DNA of 64,000 nucleotides from a virus. Made by a program: the position numbers and the translations under genes. The notes beneath the pieces are model-generated. The model saw only the letters and a program-made list of their open reading frames with translations. It was not told the DNA's origin and made no database searches. Positions 19,178 to 28,987 of the stretch are shown piece after piece (position 1 is the first letter of the stretch; each line of letters starts with the position of its first letter). The stretch lies in the IMG/VR virus record IMGVR_UViG_3300035698_025300; one strand, given 5' to 3'.

Positions 19178-19942
19178 TTAGTATCCAATTTTATTATTAA
19201 ATATAGGTTTCATCCTACATTTAGAATCACCAGTAAAATGTAAAAGATCAAAATCCATAAATAGTTTTTTTGTTTTTTTTGTAGACGGGTAATAGCCAAT
19301 TTTTATATTACATTCTACTCCATCATAAATATTGTTGTATATCATATAATTAAAAGCTGTTTGATCATATGAGTTTGAACTTCTATATCTTTTGCCATTT
19401 TTTATTAAATCAAGCCAAATATCAAACATATGAGACAAATATTTAGAATTTATTGCGAAAAAACCAGCATTTATCCCACGAATACCACTCATTTTATTTA
19501 ACCGTTTTCTACTAAACATCTGATTATGCCAGGAATTGTTTTTCAGAAGACAGTCTTCTAAAACGTATTTAACTTTCCCATTATCTAATCCATTAAATAT
19601 ATTATGAATTTTTTTACAAAATAAAATATCTGCGTCTACAAACATTATGTTTTTATACTTATTTGGGTCTATCATTCTACCACAAGCTATCTTCATATAT
19701 CGATCATCATTTGGAGTTTGCTTAACTTTGAAAATTTTATAGTATCCGCTATTGTCGCACTGGCAATCTGTGAATATTATTATATCTCCATCAAATTTTC
19801 CTTTCTTCCTAGCCGAGATAGCGCACATTTTTGCCATCTCAAAATGTTTTTCTCCAAGACCGACAGTATACATAACACTGTTTTCTTTTGATTTATTTGT
19901 ATAATGCAAAGTGACTCTTTCCATCATTTTATCATGCCACAT
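19178..19942 (-). CDS. GT-A glycosyltransferase (GT8-like)
   Basis: FVDADIL, INAGFF, DQTAFN, HFTG. Confidence 0.75.
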   Translation of the reverse strand: MWHDKMMERVTLHYTNKSKENSVMYTVGLGEKHFEMAKMCAISARKKGKFDGDIIIFTDCQCDNSGYYKIFKVKQTPNDDRYMKIACGRMIDPNKYKNIMFVDADILFCKKIHNIFNGLDNGKVKYVLEDCLLKNNSWHNQMFSRKRLNKMSGIRGINAGFFAINSKYLSHMFDIWLDLIKNGKRYRSSNSYDQTAFNYMIYNNIYDGVECNIKIGYYPSTKKTKKLFMDFDLLHFTGDSKCRMKPIFNNKIGY

Positions 19943-19980
19943 AATCAGCGTTTATCCTTTACGAAACTACAAATAAAGAA

Positions 19981-20055
19981 CACCCCTAATCGGATTCGAA
20001 CCGATGTTAACAGACTGAGAATCTGTCGTCCTAAACCTAACTAGACGATAAGGGC
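19981..20055 (-). tRNA. tRNA-Glu(CTC)
   Basis: Loop TTCTCAG. Confidence 0.9.
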
Positions 20056-20074
20056 ATTACGCGAAAAATGTCAA

Positions 20075-20169
20075 CTCCCTAGCTAGGACTCGAACCTAGA
20101 ACCTGCTGGTTATTTATTGCGCTATTTAACGCATACAGCCAGCCGCTCTACCAATTAAGATACTAGGGA
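20075..20169 (-). tRNA. tRNA-Asn(GTT) with a 22-nt intron in the anticodon loop
   Basis: U1-A72, G73; removing 20113-20134 gives loop CTGTTAA. Confidence 0.75.
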
Positions 20170-20175
20170 ATAAGA

Positions 20176-20266
20176 CTCCAGGGGGAGGACTCGAACCTCC
20201 ATACCGTTCTAGACGGATTACGTCTGATTAACAATCAGGTCACTTACCCAATTAGTGTACCCCAGA
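20176..20266 (-). tRNA. tRNA-Asn(GTT) with long variable arm
   Basis: Loop TTGTTAA, 22-nt variable region, U1-A72, G73. Confidence 0.8.
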
Positions 20267-20345
20267 ATATGTAATATTTACTTGTCATTATTTCGCACTG
20301 ATGTTTCTTTTAAACATCTTTCCAGTTTATATCCATCAAAAAAAG

Positions 20346-20418
20346 GGCGACTAACCAGATTCGAACTGGCCCCCACAGATTCACAGTCTATTATGCTAAC
20401 CACTACACCATAGCCACC
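20346..20418 (-). tRNA. tRNA-His(GTG)
   Basis: G-1:C73, loop CTGTGAA. Confidence 0.92.
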
Positions 20419-20440
20419 GTATCAATATTTAATTTTCAAA

Positions 20441-20477
20441 ACAACGCGGCGCCTTAACCAATTGGGCCACGCTCACC
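20441..20477 (-). pseudogene. 5' half of a tRNA (His-like), truncated at the anticodon loop
   Basis: GGTGAGCGTGGCCCAATTGGTTAAGGCGCCGCGTTG with no 3' half. Confidence 0.6.
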
Positions 20478-20486
20478 ATGTATATT

Positions 20487-20521
20487 AAAAAAGCCTACCG
20501 AACGTTTCTGCTCGGTAGGCT
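20487..20521 (-). terminator. attenuator terminator 2
   Basis: AGCCTACCGA...TCGGTAGGCT followed by a T-run. Confidence 0.88.
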
Positions 20522-20543
20522 CATAAAAATCTATGCTTATGAC

Positions 20544-20621
20544 TTAACGCACGAATACCTCTTCAGCGGTTTCTTCCGCTTCGTTATGATTAAATTCATT
20601 ATGGTTTCGTGCAAAAGTCAT
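20544..20621 (-). CDS. leader peptide 2, MTFARNHNEFNHNEAEETAEEVFVR
   Basis: RBS AAGGA; 25 codons between promoter and terminator. Confidence 0.8.
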   Translation of the reverse strand: MTFARNHNEFNHNEAEETAEEVFVR

Positions 20622-20641
20622 AGTAATTTTCCTTATGTCTT

Positions 20642-20670
20642 ATTATATGATACTGAACATCAGCAAGCAA
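20642..20670 (-). promoter_or_regulatory. sigma70 promoter of leader 2
   Basis: TTGCTT-17-TATAAT. Confidence 0.8.
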
Positions 20671-20716
20671 CTTCTTTCTTAAAAAATCTTTGTTCGTTCT
20701 CTATTTATAAAAATTA

Positions 20717-20787
20717 AGCTCTCGGAGGGGGTCGAACCCTCATCTCTGGTGTACGAGACCAGTATGCTCCCCTTGCACCACAAGAGC
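20717..20787 (-). tRNA. tRNA-Thr(CGT)
   Basis: Loop CTCGTAC. Confidence 0.88.
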
Positions 20788-20830
20788 GTCAAACAACATT
20801 ATATTATAGTATATTATTTTTTATATGCAA

Positions 20831-21895
20831 TTATTTTCTATTAAAAACAACAGAGGCATAACATCTTGACGGTCGATCTCTTTTTATCCTATACTTGGAG
20901 ATACTTTTAGTGTCTTTGCTTAAGTGTTCCCAAAAATCGTATAAATTGTTTCTATAATTTTCATTATATATAAGATGAATTAATAGGGATGAAATTCCTT
21001 TTGGGCTAAGATACTTTTCCCATGTTTCTTTTGATTTTTTTGCAAAAGGTTCTGGGTCTATTTCTTTTAAGACCAAAAGATCTGATGGAGAGTTAATATA
21101 TACATAATGTTCATTGGGGTAAAATGGGAACGGATAGCATGGTATATAGTTAAAAGCCAAAGGCATGCCGAGTGACATATATTCCGTTTCCCTGTAGCAT
21201 TTTCCATCATATTTAGTACTTGAACCGCGAAGGGAAAACCCCCATTTACATTTTTCTAAACTGTCTACATATTCGGATTTATTTTTATGGAATTTAGGGT
21301 AAAATAGTCCAGATTTTTTAGCGTGATCAACCCAAGGTCTTCTGTGGCCTCTATTTCTATCCACAGTAAAAGCAGAGCTTCCTAAATATTTGTGATTTTC
21401 GTTCTTCCATAAAAATCTCCCAACAGGAAAATTTTTACTAACCCCATAAGCAAAAGGTAAAATCTTAAATCCATATTTTTCTTCAATAGACGTAAACAGA
21501 TCTTTATGTTTAAGTGTATATTGCAATATGAAATAAAATTTGATACCTCTAAATAGTTCTTCATAATTCTCAACAAAACTGTGAGATATGTGTGGTACGT
21601 CGTGGCCGTCTAATATACAGTTTATATTATTTATTCTTATTTTATATAAATGATCACCAATATATTTCATTTTTCTAACGCTTCTCTTCAACAACTGCGA
21701 AACGGTTACGTTTTTGAAAATTCCACTATTCCGAAAACAGTCATTAAAATAACGAAAATTATAGTTGCGACCAGGGTTTGACACAGTTAAACTGTGTTGA
21801 GTTTTTTCAAAATGACTAAAATCATATTTGCTAAACACTCTATTATTAAAATGATATTTTAGATTAGACCGTCTAGACATAAAACCTCTTCGCAC
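20831..21895 (-). CDS. putative glycosyltransferase (GT-B-like C-terminus)
   Basis: EYVDSLEKCKWGFSLRG...CYRETEYMSLGMP pattern; gene context. Confidence 0.55.
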   Translation of the reverse strand: MRRGFMSRRSNLKYHFNNRVFSKYDFSHFEKTQHSLTVSNPGRNYNFRYFNDCFRNSGIFKNVTVSQLLKRSVRKMKYIGDHLYKIRINNINCILDGHDVPHISHSFVENYEELFRGIKFYFILQYTLKHKDLFTSIEEKYGFKILPFAYGVSKNFPVGRFLWKNENHKYLGSSAFTVDRNRGHRRPWVDHAKKSGLFYPKFHKNKSEYVDSLEKCKWGFSLRGSSTKYDGKCYRETEYMSLGMPLAFNYIPCYPFPFYPNEHYVYINSPSDLLVLKEIDPEPFAKKSKETWEKYLSPKGISSLLIHLIYNENYRNNLYDFWEHLSKDTKSISKYRIKRDRPSRCYASVVFNRK

Positions 21896-22254
21896 TTAAT
21901 ATCAAAACTCTCTAACTCGTCAGATATAATTTGTCTATGACAAGTATTAATATCTGAGCACACGCACATTATTACGACATTGTGATCTTTTATCATGGAC
22001 AATAGTTTCGACATACCCTTTTCAATATCATTAATTTTAAATTCACTTTCATCCCTGTAGTTTACATTACCCAATTCTTTAAGATGAATATAATTTTTGC
22101 TGAAAGTGGTTTGTAGAAACTTTTTTCGCCAATATATAGAATAACTTGTTGGGCTATATCTAACATCCACCAACATTATATCGTTATCGAAAATGAATTT
22201 TTTAAGATTAGATATAAAAACATTATCATATCCCAGGCTATATACTTTATTCAT
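21859..22254 (-). CDS. DUF488-like protein
   Basis: YSLGY...LVDVRYSP...ELGN...MC...CHR. Confidence 0.7.
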   Translation of the reverse strand: MNKVYSLGYDNVFISNLKKFIFDNDIMLVDVRYSPTSYSIYWRKKFLQTTFSKNYIHLKELGNVNYRDESEFKINDIEKGMSKLLSMIKDHNVVIMCVCSDINTCHRQIISDELESFDIKCEEVLCLDGLI

Positions 22255-22262
22255 GTTCTTAA

Positions 22263-22835
22263 CTATCCGAACTGCTCTAAAACGTCTATTCTAACGATCT
22301 TCATCCTTGCGACGTTTTTATTATTCTGCATGATACATACTTTGTGATTGCTAAAAGATTTAGCCGCCCAGACAACATAATCTTCTACGGCGATAGACTG
22401 ATTATGTGATTTTTTATTAATGTCTATTATAGTTTGAGCAGACCTATGTATTATATCTTCAGACTCACTGCTTCCTGCAAGTCTTTTTTCTAAACCATCT
22501 GCTCTAACCTTAATGAACAAATTCCTTGTTTTAGACGCATATTTATCATAATAATTTTTTAAAGAATGACAATCAAGGGAAGATTGCGTGCAAAAAGTTC
22601 CAGCTATGTCTTTTAGATTCATGTCTAAATATTGGAATTGCTCGCCCGGTTCAGAGGCAACCACGACAGCAAATGGCTGTAAAAACCTAGCCATTAACGC
22701 AAAGTAGCCATTATCCGCTCCTATATCAAAAACAGTTCCCAAATAATCGCGAGGAAATTTATATATATCATACATATCTTTTCTAGATATATTTTTCCTA
22801 TCAGTGCGAGCCTTATGCTTGTTGGAGCCTAACAT
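22263..22835 (-). CDS. FkbM-like SAM-dependent methyltransferase
   Basis: VFDIGADNGYF...ASEP. Confidence 0.65.
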   Translation of the reverse strand: MLGSNKHKARTDRKNISRKDMYDIYKFPRDYLGTVFDIGADNGYFALMARFLQPFAVVVASEPGEQFQYLDMNLKDIAGTFCTQSSLDCHSLKNYYDKYASKTRNLFIKVRADGLEKRLAGSSESEDIIHRSAQTIIDINKKSHNQSIAVEDYVVWAAKSFSNHKVCIMQNNKNVARMKIVRIDVLEQFG

Positions 22836-23590
22836 TTAAATTCCTTTATAACTGGCACGTCTTTTATGATAGTATAATTGTCATTATTATCTGGACTCAA
22901 TCTGGTCTTTTTGCCTTCGTGCCAAAAACCTCTTTCGGTCGTCTCTGGTATAAAGATTTTTTGGGCGTCTGAAAGAAACGCTCCCCACCAACCAAAAGTG
23001 CTAGCTGACAAAATTATGTTATTGAATCCCATTATAAATTGTAACATTTGTGTATCTGTGCCATTACAAATAATAGGATTAAATTTTTTGAATAATTTAA
23101 TAAATTTATGATCTGCCATACCGTCCGTACATATAAAACAATTATCCCATTCTAATAAATTACATAAAATCTTTTCATAGTATTCAAATACTAACATTCT
23201 ATTTCTATGACGACAATAATCACCCAATCTAACATGTATAATAACATCATGGGGTGATTGTTTGTAAAGGCGTGGAAGCTGTAGCCATTTCTTCATTTTA
23301 TCTCTAAACGGGAAATAGTATGACTGTTTTTGAAACCATCCATCCAGCAAAATACTCTGCTTGTTCCTGAATGCTTCGCCTGCCGCAGACCAGATGTCTT
23401 CTGTTTCTTCGGTTATACGAAAAAGCTCTTCTTTTCCGTTGTGAATCCCGCCTACATGGTCAAAAGTACCTGGTATCCCATTGATAGTAGGAGCATCCAA
23501 AAAATAATTCATCCTATGGGCAATTAACCTTCCCAAGGAATATTGGAAAAGATTATTACCAAGACGGCCTCTATATTTAACTCTAATCAT
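22829..23590 (-). CDS. alpha-1,2-fucosyltransferase (GT11)
   Basis: GRLGNNLFQY, HVRLGDY, STFGWWGAFLS. Confidence 0.85.
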   Translation of the reverse strand: MIRVKYRGRLGNNLFQYSLGRLIAHRMNYFLDAPTINGIPGTFDHVGGIHNGKEELFRITEETEDIWSAAGEAFRNKQSILLDGWFQKQSYYFPFRDKMKKWLQLPRLYKQSPHDVIIHVRLGDYCRHRNRMLVFEYYEKILCNLLEWDNCFICTDGMADHKFIKLFKKFNPIICNGTDTQMLQFIMGFNNIILSASTFGWWGAFLSDAQKIFIPETTERGFWHEGKKTRLSPDNNDNYTIIKDVPVIKEFKC

Positions 23591-24563
23591 TATGAAAAAT
23601 CTCTTTAACTTTTGACTCTAGATTTTCTGCAAAATTAGAAAATTTGTAATTTTTATGAGCCTCTTCACGACTTTTTTGAGTTTTAGATATGATTGTCTCT
23701 TTATCAGTCAAAAACGCCTCTAGAGAGCTAATGATATAATCATTGTCCCAAATGGGATCTATATGAAAATAGTTATCGTGAAACGCTTGAGGAGCCTCTG
23801 GTGGCATGGTCCCGCACATGCACGAAGAACAGGAGGCAACTTCAATATATTTAAGAAACAGGTTCTGTCTTTTTCCACAATCCAAGAAAGTCAGCCAAGA
23901 TTGATTGATAGCTTCTGTGAGTTTTTTCCCTATTACTATGTCATCATAGTTAGGCTCTTTTTCGACATTACGACTATAACCTGGATGCTCTATTATCCTA
24001 ATTTTCATGTCTCCATTATAGCTTTTTAGAAGTTTATACATTCTATTTCTAAAAGGAAAATTTCTTCTAGATTCTGCTCCGTAAAACAGTATATCTATAT
24101 TTTTTTTCAAGCCCATATCAAAATTAACATTCGGATCGACGGTATGGCTTACGTTAAAAAAGTGACAAGATTCTATATCTTTGTATAATTCTATATCATT
24201 AGTATATCTGCAACAGGCCGCTTTGATTTTATATTTTTGTATCAAATCTGCATGAACGTTCGCATGCATAAAAAAATCCCCATCAAGCCAAATGGTAGGG
24301 ATAAAACAATTTTCTATATTACTGATACATCTAAAGTCTGACCCTTTGGCTCTAAATTGAAGCAACAAAACGTTTAAACAATCTTTTTTATAATATCTTT
24401 CGACTATACTATTTACATCTTCACCAATACTGAAATCTCTTCCTGGCACAGCCAGCGAAAAGTTTTCGAGTGAGCTTAGGAACACGCTTCGATGAAATAC
24501 ATTTTTGTCCATCCTGTCTCTAAAAAGATTATAAGGATTTACTATAAGAGTAAAATTAATCAT
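23583..24563 (-). CDS. glycosyltransferase (CgeB/GT1-like)
   Basis: DILFYG, KYIEVAS C-terminal pattern; context. Confidence 0.6.
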   Translation of the reverse strand: MINFTLIVNPYNLFRDRMDKNVFHRSVFLSSLENFSLAVPGRDFSIGEDVNSIVERYYKKDCLNVLLLQFRAKGSDFRCISNIENCFIPTIWLDGDFFMHANVHADLIQKYKIKAACCRYTNDIELYKDIESCHFFNVSHTVDPNVNFDMGLKKNIDILFYGAESRRNFPFRNRMYKLLKSYNGDMKIRIIEHPGYSRNVEKEPNYDDIVIGKKLTEAINQSWLTFLDCGKRQNLFLKYIEVASCSSCMCGTMPPEAPQAFHDNYFHIDPIWDNDYIISSLEAFLTDKETIISKTQKSREEAHKNYKFSNFAENLESKVKEIFHND

Positions 24564-25450
24564 ATTAAATTTTGGTGATAATAGTGAATATATGAGTCTA
24601 CTAGATTTTTGACATGTTTGTTTTTTCGCAAAGAGGGTCTAAAACAAAAAAAGAGTGCCCTTTTGCTACTTTCGTTAAATCTGTTGCTACGAGTCATAAG
24701 GAATAAATCATTACCTGGCAAATAAGAAATTTGATTATCATTTTTATGCATAGCCTTACTAATGAAATACTGGTCCATGTAGTCGAATAGGCTGCATGAG
24801 TTAATATAATCAGCCACATCATTAAAGAACTTTCTAGTTTTTTCATTATTCTTAGTTAGAATAACTCCTGCCAAGTACTTTAATTTTTCATCGTTTGTTG
24901 ATCTTCTATTCATGCATATATCGCAACGAGACAGACGACGGCGAACTTTTGAAGAGATATCATTCTGCAAAATAGCATCAGCGTCTAAGAAAACAAATAT
25001 CTCATTATCGTTTTTATGTCTATTCATAATTCCAGAAAAGGCAACAAAACGATAAGCTTGAGAATATACCTTTTGCTCAAAAGCAGAAACAAATTTTTTA
25101 GCTTCAAAAATAGATTCTTTTAGTGTTTTTAGAGTTTTTATTTCCTGTTTTTGCTGTTTGGTTAAATTGATACCGTAGAAGTAAATTTTCCAATTAGGGT
25201 CTTTCTGGTGGATAGACGCAATAAGAGCCTTAGCATAATGAAAATATTTTGTATCACAACCGATGAAAGCCGTAATGGGTGATTTAATAATATCGCTAGA
25301 TACATCAACCAAGACATCATCAGCAGACATAGTTTCCTTATTGGTAAAAATATTCTTATTTTTTGAAGTGTCCACTTTGGCTATGTCACTATCTATAGAA
25401 GATTTCCCATTATATTTTATTTTAGCTATTTTTTCATCTGCACACATCAA
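24560..25450 (-). CDS. nucleotide-diphospho-sugar transferase
   Basis: FLDADA DxD, AGV, DQ. Confidence 0.65.
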   Translation of the reverse strand: MMCADEKIAKIKYNGKSSIDSDIAKVDTSKNKNIFTNKETMSADDVLVDVSSDIIKSPITAFIGCDTKYFHYAKALIASIHQKDPNWKIYFYGINLTKQQKQEIKTLKTLKESIFEAKKFVSAFEQKVYSQAYRFVAFSGIMNRHKNDNEIFVFLDADAILQNDISSKVRRRLSRCDICMNRRSTNDEKLKYLAGVILTKNNEKTRKFFNDVADYINSCSLFDYMDQYFISKAMHKNDNQISYLPGNDLFLMTRSNRFNESSKRALFFCFRPSLRKNKHVKNLVDSYIHYYHQNLI

Positions 25451-26228
25451 TCCACTCTTTATTCCTTTTACGCCAATGATTTAGATGAATTATTGGGGGT
25501 AAAATATCAATATTTTTATATTTCCTTCTAGGTCTAGCTATTTTTACTACTTTACTAAATTGCTCTCTAAACCTCATATCGGATGAAAACTTATTTCCAC
25601 GACAGTTAAATAAAGACCTTTCTGAATTAGAGCTAGGATATTCTATATTATTTTGTTTCATATATTCTGTTTCAACATACTGAAAATAGCCAGCGCCGGG
25701 GGCTCTACCGTTACCAGAATATCCTGTAATGATAGAATTAGATTTATCGAATGTGTTTTCAACTATAGAGTCTAAATAAGCTTCCTGATCGACTAGTTCA
25801 TAAGACTTCTGTGGATCAGTGGTCCACCTTGGGGCCGTTAGTAAAACGCCTTCTCCTCTCCATTTGTCTGTATGATTTTGCCATAGATCTGCGAAAAAGT
25901 GCGGATGAAATATCATATCTGCATCAGAAAAAAATACCCAAGAAGCCTCTGTGCTAGATATGGTATCGTTACGTACGAAACCTCGCTTGCCAAAACTTTT
26001 GCTATCGTATGTTTTAATTCTTATATTTAGTAAACTGCCAAAAGTCCTGATCATTCTATCTCGAATCGGAGTCCATCTGTCTAAATTGTGTATATCTATT
26101 TTTACAACTATAGAAGGAACAGTCTTACCATTTAGGGGTTTCTGCTCAAAAATGGATGACAGCATCCACCAAAAGCGTTTATGAAATTCATACTCCTGTA
26201 CGGAGATTTCTATGTCATATCTGCTCAT
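25434..26228 (-). CDS. GT2-like glycosyltransferase
   Basis: RN....WVFFSDADMIF; GAGYFQ. Confidence 0.65.
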   Translation of the reverse strand: MSRYDIEISVQEYEFHKRFWWMLSSIFEQKPLNGKTVPSIVVKIDIHNLDRWTPIRDRMIRTFGSLLNIRIKTYDSKSFGKRGFVRNDTISSTEASWVFFSDADMIFHPHFFADLWQNHTDKWRGEGVLLTAPRWTTDPQKSYELVDQEAYLDSIVENTFDKSNSIITGYSGNGRAPGAGYFQYVETEYMKQNNIEYPSSNSERSLFNCRGNKFSSDMRFREQFSKVVKIARPRRKYKNIDILPPIIHLNHWRKRNKEWIDVCR

Positions 26229-26973
26229 TACGTGTTACCTCTTTATATTTATTCTTTAATCTTCTAAAATTTGATATATGGTCCCAGCCAAACTTTTTGA
26301 ATTTAACTCTTTTAAATGACCTGCCTGTCCTGGCGGCTATATAGTATAAATAAGTATCTTGAGAAGGGATAGGAAGAATCTTTTTACCATAATATTTCTC
26401 AGATAGTGTAGCAGCCTCCTGAGCCCATCCGGTTTTACAGAAGAACAGCCAGGAAATAATCCTTGAATGACATACTCTTTTTGAGTCTGGATCGTAGTTA
26501 AAATCAAGACGAGGGCTGTATTTTAGACTATCTACATCATCTCCCCAGTTGTCTAATGTTTGTATTGCATTAGCGGGCTTAGTGTATCCCCATGGGTTAG
26601 ATATAAAAACATGCCCCCCAGTAAACCAATCATCAAAAATCCATTTACGAGAGTCTGTAGCTAATGTGTCTGTGTCTATCTTTAAATACCATTCAGTTTC
26701 TACGTGTTGAGGGGCATAGACTAAAGATGTTAGCATTCCAGATCTCTGATCAGGAAAATCGATATTGTCCCAGGGTACCAACTTCACATCGTGTCCCCTC
26801 AAAAAATCTAGCCTGTCATCATTTTCGTTAATTTGTTTTTTGTCAAACATAATAACAATCTTTTTAAACTGGTTAAATTCTTTACCCTTCAGCCCAAACC
26901 ATGTTTTCCAAGAGAGTTTCAATTCGTCTAGGTGGTGATCGTCTATAGCTGTTACTAGTGTTATATTTTTCAT
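26215..26973 (-). CDS. putative GT-A glycosyltransferase
   Basis: WYLKIDTDT DxD; context. Confidence 0.55.
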   Translation of the reverse strand: MKNITLVTAIDDHHLDELKLSWKTWFGLKGKEFNQFKKIVIMFDKKQINENDDRLDFLRGHDVKLVPWDNIDFPDQRSGMLTSLVYAPQHVETEWYLKIDTDTLATDSRKWIFDDWFTGGHVFISNPWGYTKPANAIQTLDNWGDDVDSLKYSPRLDFNYDPDSKRVCHSRIISWLFFCKTGWAQEAATLSEKYYGKKILPIPSQDTYLYYIAARTGRSFKRVKFKKFGWDHISNFRRLKNKYKEVTRNEQI

Positions 26974-28283
26974 TTATTTTTAGGGGCCTTCTCTTGTCCA
27001 TACCATATTATGTTTTTCTCTTTTTCTTTGGCTCTAAACAATTTTCTGGCTTCGTCAACATTTTCTTCTAGATCTTTTAGTTTAGACTGTACATCTAATT
27101 CCGATAAGCCGGTCACACCATTGTTGACATCTGCCTCAAAACTAGATCTCTCCATTTTAGCCAAGTCTAGATTTTTTCGTAGTCTATCTAGTTCTGCTTT
27201 CACTTTGTCTTTATCGCCTTGATTTTTATTTTTTGCTTTTTTCTTTTTCTTTTCATTTGCTTGACGATCATAAAGCCCTACAGTTCTTTCTTCGTCTATA
27301 TTTGGCATATTTTGAGTTGCTATTTGAATTGCTTCTTCAAAATCAATAAAAGGGAAAACTTTCAATTCTGAATCAGGATTGCAGTTAAATATATTAAATT
27401 GATGCTTTTCGAATACAGGCTTTAGTTCAGTAAGGCGTTCTTTGAGCTTTTCGTATGTGGCATTATTGCCTTTTACTGAACTCGGAGACCTACCCTGATT
27501 AAAATGGTATGTATACTTTTCGCTCATATTGAAGTCAACACCTAACATAAAGACCTTGCGAATTCCTAAAAAGAATAGTAATCTCATAGTTGGAAGAAAA
27601 ACAGATCTTCCTCCGCCCCACTTGGAATGGTCTCCCCAATTAATAGTATCTTCAAACAAGAATTGACTAGCATCGAACTTTTCGTTTCTTCGATAATAAA
27701 AAACGTTTGGACAGTCGCCAACTTTAATGTCCATTTCTTTCCATCTATCGTTGTCAAATAAATTTTTATCGGCGTGTGCAAAAGGAACTATTTTAGTGAT
27801 TTTCGGATCTAACCAAATAGATTTCATAAAATGGGTAGGATTATCTACGCAGCACCACAAGTTAGGACGAAAGCTTTTTGGCGAATTGTTCATACCAATT
27901 GTGATAAATCCTGGACGATTGAGAAGCTCTTTGTTTTCAATTTTTGCGAAGCTGGGGCCGCTAGCTACTAAGAATGCCGATGTTCCCCTATAGATATCGC
28001 CTAGCCACACAGGATGGCCATCTCTAGTAAATAGTATGGGGGGAGACTGTATGTACTGCCCCACGTTAAAGCCCACATGACGCTCTCTCCCGTGTCTTAG
28101 AGAAGTGTGATCGGAAGCATCTCTCCCGTTGCCGCCAGGAGCCTGATGTATAATCCCATCAACTATCTTCCCATCTGGGGTTTGCCTACCAATTTTATGA
28201 TCATTATCTCCTATCTGTTTCTCTTTGGAGACATCAATTTTTCTTACCTCATCCGTCATTATTACTCCCAATAATCTTCCCAA
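26970..28283 (-). CDS. Maf/DUF115-like glycosylation-associated protein with coiled-coil tail
   Basis: FLVASGPSF, IGMNN, LGVDF..HF, FNCNP.S.L..FP. Confidence 0.65.
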   Translation of the reverse strand: MGRLLGVIMTDEVRKIDVSKEKQIGDNDHKIGRQTPDGKIVDGIIHQAPGGNGRDASDHTSLRHGRERHVGFNVGQYIQSPPILFTRDGHPVWLGDIYRGTSAFLVASGPSFAKIENKELLNRPGFITIGMNNSPKSFRPNLWCCVDNPTHFMKSIWLDPKITKIVPFAHADKNLFDNDRWKEMDIKVGDCPNVFYYRRNEKFDASQFLFEDTINWGDHSKWGGGRSVFLPTMRLLFFLGIRKVFMLGVDFNMSEKYTYHFNQGRSPSSVKGNNATYEKLKERLTELKPVFEKHQFNIFNCNPDSELKVFPFIDFEEAIQIATQNMPNIDEERTVGLYDRQANEKKKKKAKNKNQGDKDKVKAELDRLRKNLDLAKMERSSFEADVNNGVTGLSELDVQSKLKDLEENVDEARKLFRAKEKEKNIIWYGQEKAPKNK

Positions 28284-28909
28284 TCATTATTGTATACCTC
28301 TTTAAGCTTGGCCAAATATTGATTTGTTTTAATTTTGCACATCCACAGGTCTCTTCCTGACCCTCCTTTGCAAACTACTCCTTCAAATATATCAAAATCT
28401 CTTCCACTGCGCGTACCATCATATTTTCCTTGACGCACATCATCTGCGAATTTACCATTAAGTTTCCCTTCGTATACAACTCTGGCTATATCTACAACTG
28501 GTTTAAAGATTTTTACAAATTTTTTTGGACTCAAAAGGCCATTTTTATATACCCAGATATCAAACAATATAACATCTTTGGTCTTATCATTTGGTTTGTG
28601 TAATCCCGCGAAAGAATCTCGACCAACGAACTCAGTAAAAGCTGTTATGTTTTCAACCCCCCCCCTAAGTTCTTTATGTTTTTTAAATAAAACATCTAGG
28701 TCTTTAGAATATTTATTCATGAATATAGGTATAGCTTCAGAGAATACTGTATCGGTATGATCGAACAGCCTTCGCCTTGTGCCGAATTTATAAAATCCTC
28801 TTTTCTTGCTCCACTCCCATCTAAGGTTAGAACCATCGTATTTCTCAAAAGCAATACAATGATCGCTGGGGCAGTTTTTGGATCCTGGTATTTTGGGGTA
28901 GGCTTTCAT
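28262..28909 (-). CDS. ATP-dependent RNA ligase-like nucleotidyltransferase
   Basis: YPKI, motif I EKYDGSN, EFVG, LFDIW, EGVVCK, KIK. Confidence 0.7.
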   Translation of the reverse strand: MKAYPKIPGSKNCPSDHCIAFEKYDGSNLRWEWSKKRGFYKFGTRRRLFDHTDTVFSEAIPIFMNKYSKDLDVLFKKHKELRGGVENITAFTEFVGRDSFAGLHKPNDKTKDVILFDIWVYKNGLLSPKKFVKIFKPVVDIARVVYEGKLNGKFADDVRQGKYDGTRSGRDFDIFEGVVCKGGSGRDLWMCKIKTNQYLAKLKEVYNNDWEDYWE

Positions 28910-28987
28910 GCTTATTTCTTCCTAAAAAATATCCGCGCTATTTTGCATATATTACAATTATAGCGCGGATATTAAATAAAACAATTA

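Noticed and set aside
28928-28973. Perfect 13-bp inverted repeat
   Set aside because: Single copy in an intergenic gap; most simply a terminator or operator, with no evidence of a mobile element.
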